Shown in pieces: positions 1 through 9,950 of a DNA stretch of 64,000 bases. The notes beneath the pieces were generated by a model. It did no database searches. It was given only the letters and a program-made list of their open reading frames with translations, and was not told the DNA's origin. The position numbers and the translations under genes were made by a program. This stretch comes from Bdellovibrio sp. ZAP7 (GTDB lineage: Bacteria > Bdellovibrionota_B > Oligoflexia > Oligoflexales > RGVZ01): positions 63,491 to 127,490 of the forward strand of contig CAMDKS010000001.1 in assembly GCA_945900755.1 (NCBI GenBank), written 5' to 3'. Each line of letters opens with the position of its first letter. Positions within the stretch are counted from its first letter, which is position 1.

Positions 1-91
1 CCCAGCCACCAAAACAGGCGTAGCCAATGAGGCAGGCGAGGACCCAGTCCCGAGACCTAGTCGCTCGCCCGGCGGTGGATCGAACAATACG

Positions 92-1000
92 ATGAAGAAA
101 TTTGCACAGCCATCAAACGCACAAGGACTCTATGGCGTTTTCGATGTTCGTCACACGACCAATGATTATTTTGATGAAAGCGGGGGGCGCCTGAGACGCG
201 ATCCGGCGCTCCACGGCAAGCTGCGCATGGGCGGCAAATATTATGGTGACGTATTGGACGTTAGCGTAGGTGTTGGAGGTTCCAAGTTGCCGAGGTCCCA
301 ACGAGTCTACCAAAACCGCCCCGACATCACCATCGACGCCTATCCGTTGAAGGGTAAGGTTGCTAAGTTGTTGGTCTATATGAATGCACTATTTCCAGTG
401 CGTTCGGGGGATCTTGATCCTACAGAATTTGCTGATGGCGATCGCTACGACCGCGACTATCGCAGAGCGATAGATGCCACCGTTATGTCATTTGGAGTCG
501 CTCCCAATATCAAACTGGAAAGCTTTCACTCGATGGGCCGACTCCAGTGGACAGCCGGAGCAGATGCTTGGACTAGGCTCTATTCTAAACCCCTTTATAT
601 CGAAGAGTCTGACGGTAGTCGCGACCTTGGTTTGATTGCAGAGAAAGAACCGGCCATTGGTGAGAGGTTTGAGGATAGTGCTATGCGGTATGTTCATCAA
701 GAGACACTTGCCATCGGCTACACACCAACGATTTTGCCAAATCTGCAAATGGAAGTGGCAGGTTATGCCGAGCATCGTTATATTCCGAGATACCACAGAA
801 ATGAACTGTCGGATGCATGGGAATACACCTACGAGCCCGAGAGAATATCGTTTGCGAGATACAAAGTAGCCCTCGACATGACGCCGTCGGTCAGTCTCAG
901 CAATGAGTTATATTTTTTCCGTAATGGATTTTTTGCCGGAAATCGCATAAATGATCAGAGGCGATATCGCAATATCGTCAGACTGTCCTTTAAGCTATAG
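92..1000 (+). CDS. hypothetical protein (start uncertain; frame open to window edge)
   Basis: 302-aa ORF. The same frame has no stop back to nt 2, so the gene may begin upstream of the window. No motif recognised. Confidence 0.4.
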   Translation: MKKFAQPSNAQGLYGVFDVRHTTNDYFDESGGRLRRDPALHGKLRMGGKYYGDVLDVSVGVGGSKLPRSQRVYQNRPDITIDAYPLKGKVAKLLVYMNALFPVRSGDLDPTEFADGDRYDRDYRRAIDATVMSFGVAPNIKLESFHSMGRLQWTAGADAWTRLYSKPLYIEESDGSRDLGLIAEKEPAIGERFEDSAMRYVHQETLAIGYTPTILPNLQMEVAGYAEHRYIPRYHRNELSDAWEYTYEPERISFARYKVALDMTPSVSLSNELYFFRNGFFAGNRINDQRRYRNIVRLSFKL

Positions 1001-1014
1001 AACGGAATTCCACC

Positions 1015-1602
1015 ATGGGTTCAAATTCATTTATTGAGATCGAGCATAAGTTTGTTGTTGACGCTCATTTCAATCGTGACGCGTTTCTCAAAAATGTAGC
1101 AAGCCTCACACCCAGTCGGCAGGCAGAGGCCAAAGTTAGGGATACCTATTTTGTACTGACACATGATAATAAGCATGTTTACAGGCATCGATTTGACAAT
1201 GAAATTCAGCAGTTAACAGTGAAGTCGATCGAAGACGACAATGCCGTGCGCACGGAAATAAATATCCCTATCGACCAGTCAAAAGGTGATCAAACGTCGG
1301 CTATCCTCGAATTTATGAATGCCTTGGGATGCCGCTGGTCTGGGAGTTTAGCCAAAGAAATTAATGTCGCCTATTTTCACGACTGTGAAATTGTATTCTA
1401 CCGAGCGGTCAATCAGGGGCGCGAGGTTTGTTGCATCGAATTCGAGGCCGTCAATCCAAAGTCTGTGGAAGAGGGTCTTAGGGTGCTTGAGATCTATGAG
1501 AAGGCCCTTGGATTTATGGCAGAAGATCGTGAAAGTAAAAGCCTTTTTGAACTATTGCTATTGGACAAGGCTCCAAATAGTGTAAAAGCGATGTTCATTT
1601 AG
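1015..1602 (+). CDS. CYTH-domain protein (CyaB/thiamine-triphosphatase-like)
   Basis: 195-aa ORF. The N-terminal IEIEHKF fits the ExExK signature of CYTH triphosphate tunnel enzymes, and the size is typical. Confidence 0.6.
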   Translation: MGSNSFIEIEHKFVVDAHFNRDAFLKNVASLTPSRQAEAKVRDTYFVLTHDNKHVYRHRFDNEIQQLTVKSIEDDNAVRTEINIPIDQSKGDQTSAILEFMNALGCRWSGSLAKEINVAYFHDCEIVFYRAVNQGREVCCIEFEAVNPKSVEEGLRVLEIYEKALGFMAEDRESKSLFELLLLDKAPNSVKAMFI

Positions 1603-1662
1603 ATTTAGTATGAAACAAGCAGTAAAAATCGAACTCAAATTTCTTTCAGAAAGGAACAAATC

Positions 1663-2094
1663 ATGGGACTAAAGGACAAAATCCAAGACGACATCAAAAC
1701 CGCCATGAAGGCCAGAGACGCCATCCGATTGAGTGTCCTAAGAATGGTATTGGCAGATATCAAATATCAGCAAGCGCAAGTGAACTTGCGCGAGGAGTTG
1801 GCTGATGATGTCGTGCTCAAAATAGTTGGTGCTTATCAAAAAAAGCTGACAAAAAGCTTGGATGATTACCCTGCTGGCGATGCGAGAACGGCCCTCCTAG
1901 GCGAAATAAAAATCGTAGAAGAGTACCTTCCACAAAAGGCCACAGAGGCTCAAACTAAATCTGCCGTCGAAAAAGTTTTAGCAGCGACAGAAGACCGAAA
2001 TTTCGGAGCCATCATGAAATTAGTTATGGCGGAACTTGGTGGTAACGGCGAGGGACGTTTGGTCAGCCAAATAATTAAGGAAAAACTAGCATAG
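1663..2094 (+). CDS. yqeY: GatB/YqeY-domain protein
   Basis: 143-aa ORF. The N-terminus LKDKIQDDIKTAMKARD..LSVLRMVLADIK and the size are characteristic of the YqeY family. An AAAGGA RBS lies 7 nt upstream. Confidence 0.7.
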   Translation: MGLKDKIQDDIKTAMKARDAIRLSVLRMVLADIKYQQAQVNLREELADDVVLKIVGAYQKKLTKSLDDYPAGDARTALLGEIKIVEEYLPQKATEAQTKSAVEKVLAATEDRNFGAIMKLVMAELGGNGEGRLVSQIIKEKLA

Positions 2095-2222
2095 GTTTTG
2101 AAGGGTTGAGCAAGGCGCCCAATTTGCCATTTGGCTCGTTTCTATCAACCGCAAACAAGGGGTTAACCGCAAAAACAATTTGCCCCAATGCCAAGAGTAG
2201 TAAGTTTCTTGAGTGATATCAG

Positions 2223-2265
2223 GCCGCAAGCACAGTGAGGAGCTGTCCTTGCGGCTGTTTTGTTG
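2223..2265 (+). terminator. rho-independent terminator candidate downstream of yqeY
   Basis: The 8-bp GC-rich stem GCCGCAAG (2223-2230) pairs with CTTGCGGC (2248-2255) and is followed by TGTTTTGTT. Confidence 0.5.
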
Positions 2266-2446
2266 CGAAACTACCGCTCTGACTGCATTTGAGAGTATAA
2301 TTTCTATAGGGGCATCGGAGAGATGGAGCAATAAATTCAAAATAAAAATTAATGTTTTTCAGAGTGTAGCCGATACCTAGAACATAGAAGTCGCGACGTA
2401 TGAATGTCACTACAAGAAAAGTGAATTTCAAATTCGGTGGAGCAGA

Positions 2447-4897
2447 ATGTTTAGCATCATGAGACACAACAAAATAAATTCAAAGAGCGCAAAAATTTTG
2501 CGATCAAATTTTGCTGTATCTGCATGTGCCGCAAGTCTTTTTCTATTTGGCGCAAATGCTTTGGCGGAAACAGCGGATTGGCTGGCCTCGGATTTAACAA
2601 CAACCCTAAGTGAGGCAAATCTCAAGGCCCCTGGAGGGACCGCCTACTTTAATGACGATCTAATTCAGGCGACGACGGTGACACAAAATATTAGAATTCT
2701 AAAAAAAGAAGCGACCACCGATACCCTGACACACCTCGTCGATACGATGATCGCGAATGACGAGATTGGTGCAGAAGATTGGTTAGCGAAGATGCCGCGG
2801 ACCAAGCCCGTCATTCCTAAATCAGAGCTCGATATTGTTGTCGAAAAATATGAGTGCAGATTGGACGTGGCCGCGTCTCGAGTTTCTTGTGATGCGACCG
2901 CTGCCATTTCAATTGCAACAGGCACCTCATCCCAAGCGCCAAAGACAGAGATTTACGGGCAAGCACTGGTGGCCCAAATTGCCCTCGAGGCTGGACGTTT
3001 AGATCATGTAAGCCCACCAATAAAAGTAGCCGCTCAAGCAACTGTTGAGATGACGGGTCAAGCACTCGTACAGAATTCGCAGCCTACAAGTATCACATTA
3101 GTGCCACGTCGTGATGGCCTCATTACCGTTGCAGGCAAACACATTAGCTTCACGGCGGAGAATCAGTCGATTAAAGTTCTTCTGGACGATAAACTTGCCG
3201 GTGTAGAGGTGAGTCTATTTGTGCGTGATCCATCCATCGTCTATTGGAATGAAAAGTCCGGGCAACTTACAGGCAAGAAGACGGGCAAGACGGAAGTTTT
3301 CGTCGTCTCCCCACGTCGTATCTCTATTATCGAGGCGAGTGTCGAAACCGAAAATCAGCCATTGGCCATAGCGCCCATCCATTCGAATGTGGAGGCTGTG
3401 GCCGCAGCTCTCACGTCGACAACGGGCCCTCAAGCGCATGGCATTGAACTTCCGAAAACATTGGCCAGTCTAAATGGATTTGATGCTGCGGTGTCAAAAG
3501 GTCTAATGGCAGCGAGTAACAATTCAATATTGAAAGAGCCCACGAATTTAGGTGTTGCCGACGAAATTTCAAAGCTAGGCCCACAGGGGCTCAATCAAGG
3601 GTCGCAATTCATTCGTGCGAAGGCGAGAGCAAATTTCCAAAGTGTACGTATTAAAATTATCGACGACCGCTCTATTGCGGGCAAAGAAAACTATCCAGTG
3701 GGTGGTGTTCGGGTAAAGGTTGCGGGGACAGAATTTTCACAATTGACGAACGGTCAGGGCGAAGTTGAAATTCGCGATGTACCAGCTGGTGCTCGTCTAT
3801 TATTAGACATCTCTGATGAGCGTGGATACATCATGCCGCAGTTGACGGAGATTGTAGCGGACAGAAACAATATTTCACGAGCCGCCACACAGTTAATAAC
3901 CGTACTTAGGTTTGCGGCCTTAGATATTACGGCACGTGCTGTAGGGGTCGTTCAGGATATGGGGAAATCTAGTTTTTGCGGTTCGATCATGGATCACCGT
4001 CTTGTGAAGGCGGGTATTTCGATATCACTGGATACGGCAGCAACAGGTCCAGTATACTTTAATAGACTGGGTCTTCCAGATTTAACTCTCGGCAGCACAG
4101 GTCCGGGTGGGCGCTTTTGTTTCTTCAACGTGGAGCCAGGACCCGTGGCGGTTGCGCTCCATACCAAGAATAATTTTCCCCCGATTTCAGGTGTTGTTGG
4201 CACGGTCTCCGGTCGCCATACCGAAGAATCTTTCGACCTAGCAGAGGCTAGTTTTGTCTCGACAACACTAACAACCATTGCCACTGCCAATGAGCAACTA
4301 GGTTCCGACGACCTGCGTTCATCTCGACACGATATTGTCGAATTAGCCGACATCTATGCGGTGGGCAGTGGTGAAATGATGGTGCCAGTCGACGAAGGAG
4401 TCATGACGACAGCAACGGCCGTACTTCCGGTTAAGGGTCGAGTCTGGACGGTAAGTGCGTCACCAGATTTTGAGACAAGTGTTCAAGCGGTTTCCGTTAG
4501 AGCACCTGCAGCCAGTCAAATTTCGACCTTAGTCCCAAATGGTTTTGTGAGTGATATGTCTAGCCTTTCGCAAACAGCACATAATTCAGACGAGGGTAGT
4601 GTCATTATTGAGCACGGGACCCTGGCTGGCCAAGGCACGGACCCAGTAAAAATTCGTTTAGTCGATGCCTTCGGTCGTGACGTGGGAGATGGTTGGTATT
4701 TCGCAGATCAACCTGTAACTAAAGCTATTTTCTTCAACGTGCCCGCAGGAATTTATGCCATCGTCATTGAAACATCCACCGGCCACTGGCTAGCCGCCGA
4801 TACGGTAGTCGTCTATAGTGAATCGGTGAGTGTCGCCAAGACTGGCGGGCAGCTTGAAAAAATAATGCCGCCTACCCAGCACGCTATGAATGATTAA
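2447..4897 (+). CDS. large secreted protein of unknown function
   Basis: 816-aa ORF with a signal-like N-terminus (AASLFLFGANALA). Internal segments look like carboxypeptidase-regulatory/Ig-like beta-sandwich repeats (VRVKVAGTEFSQLTNGQGEVEIRDVPAG). No catalytic motif seen. Confidence 0.5.
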   Translation: MFSIMRHNKINSKSAKILRSNFAVSACAASLFLFGANALAETADWLASDLTTTLSEANLKAPGGTAYFNDDLIQATTVTQNIRILKKEATTDTLTHLVDTMIANDEIGAEDWLAKMPRTKPVIPKSELDIVVEKYECRLDVAASRVSCDATAAISIATGTSSQAPKTEIYGQALVAQIALEAGRLDHVSPPIKVAAQATVEMTGQALVQNSQPTSITLVPRRDGLITVAGKHISFTAENQSIKVLLDDKLAGVEVSLFVRDPSIVYWNEKSGQLTGKKTGKTEVFVVSPRRISIIEASVETENQPLAIAPIHSNVEAVAAALTSTTGPQAHGIELPKTLASLNGFDAAVSKGLMAASNNSILKEPTNLGVADEISKLGPQGLNQGSQFIRAKARANFQSVRIKIIDDRSIAGKENYPVGGVRVKVAGTEFSQLTNGQGEVEIRDVPAGARLLLDISDERGYIMPQLTEIVADRNNISRAATQLITVLRFAALDITARAVGVVQDMGKSSFCGSIMDHRLVKAGISISLDTAATGPVYFNRLGLPDLTLGSTGPGGRFCFFNVEPGPVAVALHTKNNFPPISGVVGTVSGRHTEESFDLAEASFVSTTLTTIATANEQLGSDDLRSSRHDIVELADIYAVGSGEMMVPVDEGVMTTATAVLPVKGRVWTVSASPDFETSVQAVSVRAPAASQISTLVPNGFVSDMSSLSQTAHNSDEGSVIIEHGTLAGQGTDPVKIRLVDAFGRDVGDGWYFADQPVTKAIFFNVPAGIYAIVIETSTGHWLAADTVVVYSESVSVAKTGGQLEKIMPPTQHAMND

Positions 4898-4941
4898 ATT
4901 AGAAAATTAGTTCGCACGGCCACTTTTTCACAAGCCTTGAA

Positions 4942-5796
4942 TTAAGACAAAATGTAGTCGCGCAACTCTACGGCGGTACCCGATTTTAGGGTCGTAGTCA
5001 TTTCAAGCACTAAATTTAATGCCCCTTTTGCAAATAAGGACCTATTTAGTGCGCGGTGAGACAACTCAATTTGTTCGGAATCACTGATAAATCTAATTTC
5101 GTGATCGCCGATAACACCGCCGCCACGTATGGAATGAATTCCTATTGACCCAGGAACGCGGCGTCCTGTGCCATTAAAAATAATTTTGCTTTTAGGCAGT
5201 GCTTTTTGAATCATTTCTGCAAAAAAGACGGCAGTGCCGCTCGGCGCATCGGCCTTTAGGCGATGATGAGTTTCAGTAATTTCAATGTCAAAACCAATGG
5301 GTCCCAGAACTTTTGCGGCCGTGACGGCAAGTTTCGCAAGGGTCGCTACGCCGAGACTCGTATTTCCGGCCATAAGAATCTTATGGCGGCAGGTTTTTGC
5401 AAGGCTCTTTATTTCAGACTTTAGTTTCTCGGGCAGTCCTGTGGTGCCGATTAAATAAATTTTATTTTTGGCTGCCCCAAGACACTTGATCAAAGTGGAC
5501 GTGCCTTGAGGGGAACTAAAATCAATGACGATGTCGGCTCCTTGTAAGACGGCAGTCAATGCTTTGGTCGTATTCTTTAAGACGGCAAAATGATCGGCAT
5601 CATAAACCGTAATTTCAGTCAACGTAACGGATGCCCCAAGTCTAAGAGTGGGGTGGTCTTTAAGCAGGTCTACCAATTCCAGTCCCATGCGGCCGCTGGC
5701 GCCGAATACAAGCACGTCTTGCTTTTGGGCCAAAGAAGTTTTTTTGCGCGTTGTCACATCTTTTTGCGCAGTCCGTTTTTTTGATGATGGTGCCAT
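4942..5796 (-). CDS. dapB: 4-hydroxy-tetrahydrodipicolinate reductase
   Basis: 284-aa ORF with a Rossmann motif (FGASGRMG) and the ETHHRLKADAPSGTA motif typical of DapB. It lies directly downstream of dapA. Confidence 0.85.
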   Translation of the reverse strand: MAPSSKKRTAQKDVTTRKKTSLAQKQDVLVFGASGRMGLELVDLLKDHPTLRLGASVTLTEITVYDADHFAVLKNTTKALTAVLQGADIVIDFSSPQGTSTLIKCLGAAKNKIYLIGTTGLPEKLKSEIKSLAKTCRHKILMAGNTSLGVATLAKLAVTAAKVLGPIGFDIEITETHHRLKADAPSGTAVFFAEMIQKALPKSKIIFNGTGRRVPGSIGIHSIRGGGVIGDHEIRFISDSEQIELSHRALNRSLFAKGALNLVLEMTTTLKSGTAVELRDYILS

Positions 5797-5799
5797 GAA

Positions 5800-6708
5800 C
5801 TACTCGCTTCGAGCTAGAAGGCTCGCCAACTGTGATTTTGCTAAAAACAAAGTAGATTTAATAAGGGCATAATTTTCCGACGTCACTGGCGCAAGGGGAG
5901 CCCTTAGAATATTTTTACTTAGTCCTAATATTTCAAAGGCCGCTTTAAGTGGGCCAGGATTACCCTCGCAAAACATGATGTCAATCGCAGGCAACAATAT
6001 TTTGTGGATGGCCAGGGCCCGCTCATTTTTCTTTGCATGAAAGGCACGAGTCATCTCAACCATAGCCTCGGGAAAAATATTCGAAATGACACTAATGACA
6101 CCTCGTCCACCAACCGCTAAGCTCGCCAAATAAGTGGGGTCATCCCCAGTTAAAATGTTTGCCGTGGACGCATTCACAAGGCGGCCATATAAGCCTAAAT
6201 CACCACTAGCTTCTTTGACGGCGACGACATTTGGAATCGTGGTTAGATCGGCAAGGGCCGATACAGTTAGGCCTTGACCAGTGCGCCCAGGAACGTGATA
6301 AAGGCAAAGCGGTACCGCCACGCTTTCAGAAATCATTTGGTAGTGCAATCTGAGGCCAGCCATACTTGGCTTATTATAGGGTGGCGTCACGATTAAAAGA
6401 CTATCGGCCCCGGCATCGACACAAAGTTTTGAGAGCTCGATGCTTTGAGCGGTGTTGTTTCCGCCGCTACCCGCCATCACTCGCACGCCAGGTGGCAATA
6501 CGGCACGAGCCTTGCGGACCATCGAAATTTTTTCTTGGACGGTTAACGTCGGAGATTCGCCTGTGGTGCCGCTTATGACAATTCCAGTTATTTTTGCGGC
6601 GGCCTGTTGGGCCAGATGACTTTCAAACGCGCTCCAGTCGACGGATCCATTGTCCGAAAACGGCGTACCAATAGCTGTCCAAACGCCCTCGATGCTAACA
6701 GAGCTCAT
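5800..6708 (-). CDS. dapA: 4-hydroxy-tetrahydrodipicolinate synthase
   Basis: 302-aa ORF with GTTGESPTLT and the active-site lysine context VVAVKEASGD, as in DapA. Confidence 0.9.
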   Translation of the reverse strand: MSSVSIEGVWTAIGTPFSDNGSVDWSAFESHLAQQAAAKITGIVISGTTGESPTLTVQEKISMVRKARAVLPPGVRVMAGSGGNNTAQSIELSKLCVDAGADSLLIVTPPYNKPSMAGLRLHYQMISESVAVPLCLYHVPGRTGQGLTVSALADLTTIPNVVAVKEASGDLGLYGRLVNASTANILTGDDPTYLASLAVGGRGVISVISNIFPEAMVEMTRAFHAKKNERALAIHKILLPAIDIMFCEGNPGPLKAAFEILGLSKNILRAPLAPVTSENYALIKSTLFLAKSQLASLLARSE

Positions 6709-8216
6709 GGGGCCACCTTTTTTTTAATGACGGAATTTTTGGCTGGTTTGGCTTTTGCCTCCGGCACAGTCTTTCCGGCTGGTGCGGAATTAACATCGGG
6801 CGTCCTTTTAATCGTGGCAGCCGGTTGAATTTCAACGGGGAGAGATTTTGGTGTGTGATACGCAATGGTAGGACGAGGATCAGGGAGCTCGGAGACAATG
6901 GCGGTTTTAACACCACAAGAATTTAATATTAGGCCGAAAATGAGTGTCGTCATCGAAGATGAAAATGGCACGGTGACATTTAAAGCCTTGCGAATTTTTT
7001 TGGCCGCATCAATGAATCGAGCTTTTTCACCAGAGCCACCCGGCGTCGAGGTCATGCTATCGGAGGTGAGGGTGGCAGCAAAAGCAAGAGTATCCTCAAG
7101 GAGCTCGGGATTAATTTTCTTCAGCTCAGCAGGAATTAAAGTACTGGGTGTCGCCCGATGGACTTTGCAATAGGTCAATAAATCATGGGCGGCTGTGGTC
7201 GCCACACGAGGTGACGTGCCGCGACGTATGAGACTACAGACCACCGCTCGCTCGACGTCGGATGTTAGGAACTCTAACTCAGTCAGTTTGTCTTTAGGAA
7301 TAAGCGTCTCTGAAAATAATTTGGCGGCGAGGCCCATGCGTTGATTTAGCTCAAAAATTTCATGAAGAAATCCAAGACGCCTTGTTTCCCAAACATTTAG
7401 ATTGGCACTGACCTCAAATCGCACGCCGGTCAGCCGCTGACATTCGGCCATGAGGATTTCACATTCAATTTCTAGTTCCCTGGAGTTGGCAATGTTGGCC
7501 GTGTTTTCTCGTAATCCCACGACAATTTGAAGAATACTGGCAGCCATTTCTTCAAAGGCAGCAATAATTTTTCGGACCACTCGCTGCTCCGTGCGGCAGT
7601 AACTTAACGTTTCGGTTTCTAAACCACTAAATCCTACATGAATGGCTATTCGGCATTCGACGCTATGCTGCTGCCCAGTCGTATCTAAGATGTCTGCAGG
7701 ACGCATGAGTGAAAGTTCGTGAATCGACTCACGCAATTCTTTTGCGGTATCGTGAAGAGTTTTGGCCGCGTGAAAAAGTACAGATGGAAATAATTCTCGT
7801 CGACTTTCACCAAAAGCAGATACGGCGATAAACGGACGGTTCATAAAGAGTTCAGCTTTTTTAAGGGCTAGGTCGGCCCATAACGCTAAGTGGGCACAAC
7901 TTTCAGAAATTAAGCTGCGTGTGGATATTCGCATGTGGTTCCACGCAAGGCCTGCGATCCCGTAACGGGCCGCTAAAACGTCAATAAATTCATCGTTACT
8001 ATCAGCTAGTAACGGAAGAATAGACCTGTGTGTCGAGGCGAGTTGAGGGGTAATGGTAGCTAAGGATGCCTTGAAATTTTCCACGCAGCGATCAGAAATC
8101 AACCCTTCACTGGCCATAGCAGACGCATAAGAGGTCAAAAATTGAATCGTGCCTGCATTATCGAGTTTTAAAAACGATTGCCAGTCTTGCATGGTGACTA
8201 ATCTTTCTGCCGACAA
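6705..8216 (-). CDS. hypothetical protein with embedded lipobox-like segment
   Basis: 503-aa ORF whose stop overlaps the dapA start by 4 nt. No motif I can name in the first ~420 aa. An in-frame MTTLIFGLILNSCG (ATG at 6951-6953) resembles a lipoprotein signal. Confidence 0.45.
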   Translation of the reverse strand: MSAERLVTMQDWQSFLKLDNAGTIQFLTSYASAMASEGLISDRCVENFKASLATITPQLASTHRSILPLLADSNDEFIDVLAARYGIAGLAWNHMRISTRSLISESCAHLALWADLALKKAELFMNRPFIAVSAFGESRRELFPSVLFHAAKTLHDTAKELRESIHELSLMRPADILDTTGQQHSVECRIAIHVGFSGLETETLSYCRTEQRVVRKIIAAFEEMAASILQIVVGLRENTANIANSRELEIECEILMAECQRLTGVRFEVSANLNVWETRRLGFLHEIFELNQRMGLAAKLFSETLIPKDKLTELEFLTSDVERAVVCSLIRRGTSPRVATTAAHDLLTYCKVHRATPSTLIPAELKKINPELLEDTLAFAATLTSDSMTSTPGGSGEKARFIDAAKKIRKALNVTVPFSSSMTTLIFGLILNSCGVKTAIVSELPDPRPTIAYHTPKSLPVEIQPAATIKRTPDVNSAPAGKTVPEAKAKPAKNSVIKKKVAP

Positions 8217-8255
8217 ATGCGACGTTAGGGTTTAGCCGTGGGCTATGGATGTGCC

Positions 8256-9914
8256 CTAAAATTTTATCGCAAAATTGGCCATAAGTCCAAAGCCCATTGT
8301 GGGAGACCTAATACTGGAAGCTTTCCAAGCTTTTCCAGGGAGAGCGCCGGCAAGTCCTAAACCTAAATCGACTTCGCGTTGATAGTGATAGGCATAGGTG
8401 GCATCTAATTCGTAACCAAGATCGGTGCCGTAAAAGCCCATTGGGCGTTCTGTGCTGCCGTTGGCGTTGTAATAACCGACCACATCCTGAGGTGCACCTT
8501 CGAGGAGGCGACCTGTAACCATCTTAACTTCAAAATCTCCAGTTTCCATGTTCTCGTAACGGTAACCTAAACTGAATAACGAGGTGTTCATGACGCGTTC
8601 TGCATCAAAGACTCCTGCTACCCCGTATTTGCGTGACGTGGTGCGGCCGTTAAAAAACAAGAGAGCGGGATGATAATTGCGGTTAAAGCCCATGGCTTTT
8701 GCTCGGTTATTTCGTCTGGTTTCGCCCACTAGAGTATTATTGGCCTCAGTTTCTCCCGAGCGGTTGATGTAGTATCCATCGGCATCACCGGGTGCAAAAG
8801 AATAATCACTGAAAACTAGATGGCGGTGGAGGTTGCCTTCGTTGAATTCTTCAGGCCCAAGAGCGGCTCCTGATTTGGTCACAGTATATTCTAGATTTCC
8901 AGCGAGGCCGATGGAGTTGATATTATTGGTGGCAATGGTTCCGTCACTATCAAGACGTTGTCCACCCATAACCAAAACAGCGGGGTCAGCCGTTTTTCCG
9001 CTGCGGAAGATAAGCTCATTTTTAAGCGAGAATTTTCCCCAGAAAAAACTGGTGTAGAAGTCGAAAAATTTTACGTCAGTCTTCAAATCCGACGAGAGAA
9101 TATTGGCAAAATACAGTTCAATTTGTTTTCTAAAGGCTCCAGGAGCCTTTGCCTTAACGTCATCAAACGTGATGCCAAAAAATATTTGATCGGCATCGTC
9201 AGAGGCATCATTGGCACCAAAGTTATTGCCTTTAGACGCGAATGCGGCTTCGGCTCCTGCATCGCTAGATGGATTATCGTATGGGTTATCAACCCAGGTG
9301 CCAGTTTCCTGAAGCTTGTCAGCGCCGAAAGAAAATCCAAGGTCTTGTTGTTTTTGAATATTCACGTCACAAGTCACGCCGTCAAATGTAGACGCTGAAT
9401 TCGAAAAAGGCTTTTTCCCGGCACTCATAAAAGCGCCTAATCCGACCTCTCGGCTCCTGCGTCCTGCGGATAAAATACAGTAGTTGAAGGCGTATTTTCC
9501 GTAGGCTTCACGAATCACTGGGCTGATATTTTTGTAGCCAGATTCGGTTACACTTTGGCTGCGGCCATCACAAGATGTATCAGTGCCACCGCTTGTTGTT
9601 CGTCGGGATGCACATACGTTTGGTTTTGCGGTATCTCCAAGGTAAGCCGCACTAGGATCGTCGGTTAAGCCTAATCGAAGATTAAAACTGGCCCGATCAT
9701 TTGCTTTGACCTCACCATTTAAATCGAATGAAATCCGGGTGGCTTGGTAGGTGCCGTTGTCTCTTTGAAACTCAGGATTTACTCGTGTCTCGCCAAGCAA
9801 GCCATAGTGCCCAGTGCCATCTAAGAAAAACGCATGGGCTTGGTCTGAAGGTAACAAAAGAAATGCGGCGGTAAGGATCGCCAAGCTTGAAATTTTTTGA
9901 ACTAATCTGGTCAT
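8256..9914 (-). CDS. outer-membrane beta-barrel protein (porin-like)
   Basis: 552-aa ORF with a signal peptide ending AHA. It is rich in alternating aromatic/Gly segments and has a C-terminal ...ANFAIKF with terminal Phe, typical of OMP beta-barrels. Confidence 0.6.
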   Translation of the reverse strand: MTRLVQKISSLAILTAAFLLLPSDQAHAFFLDGTGHYGLLGETRVNPEFQRDNGTYQATRISFDLNGEVKANDRASFNLRLGLTDDPSAAYLGDTAKPNVCASRRTTSGGTDTSCDGRSQSVTESGYKNISPVIREAYGKYAFNYCILSAGRRSREVGLGAFMSAGKKPFSNSASTFDGVTCDVNIQKQQDLGFSFGADKLQETGTWVDNPYDNPSSDAGAEAAFASKGNNFGANDASDDADQIFFGITFDDVKAKAPGAFRKQIELYFANILSSDLKTDVKFFDFYTSFFWGKFSLKNELIFRSGKTADPAVLVMGGQRLDSDGTIATNNINSIGLAGNLEYTVTKSGAALGPEEFNEGNLHRHLVFSDYSFAPGDADGYYINRSGETEANNTLVGETRRNNRAKAMGFNRNYHPALLFFNGRTTSRKYGVAGVFDAERVMNTSLFSLGYRYENMETGDFEVKMVTGRLLEGAPQDVVGYYNANGSTERPMGFYGTDLGYELDATYAYHYQREVDLGLGLAGALPGKAWKASSIRSPTMGFGLMANFAIKF

Positions 9915-9950
9915 AAATACATGCCCCCAAGTAAAGGTTTCGAAGGCATA

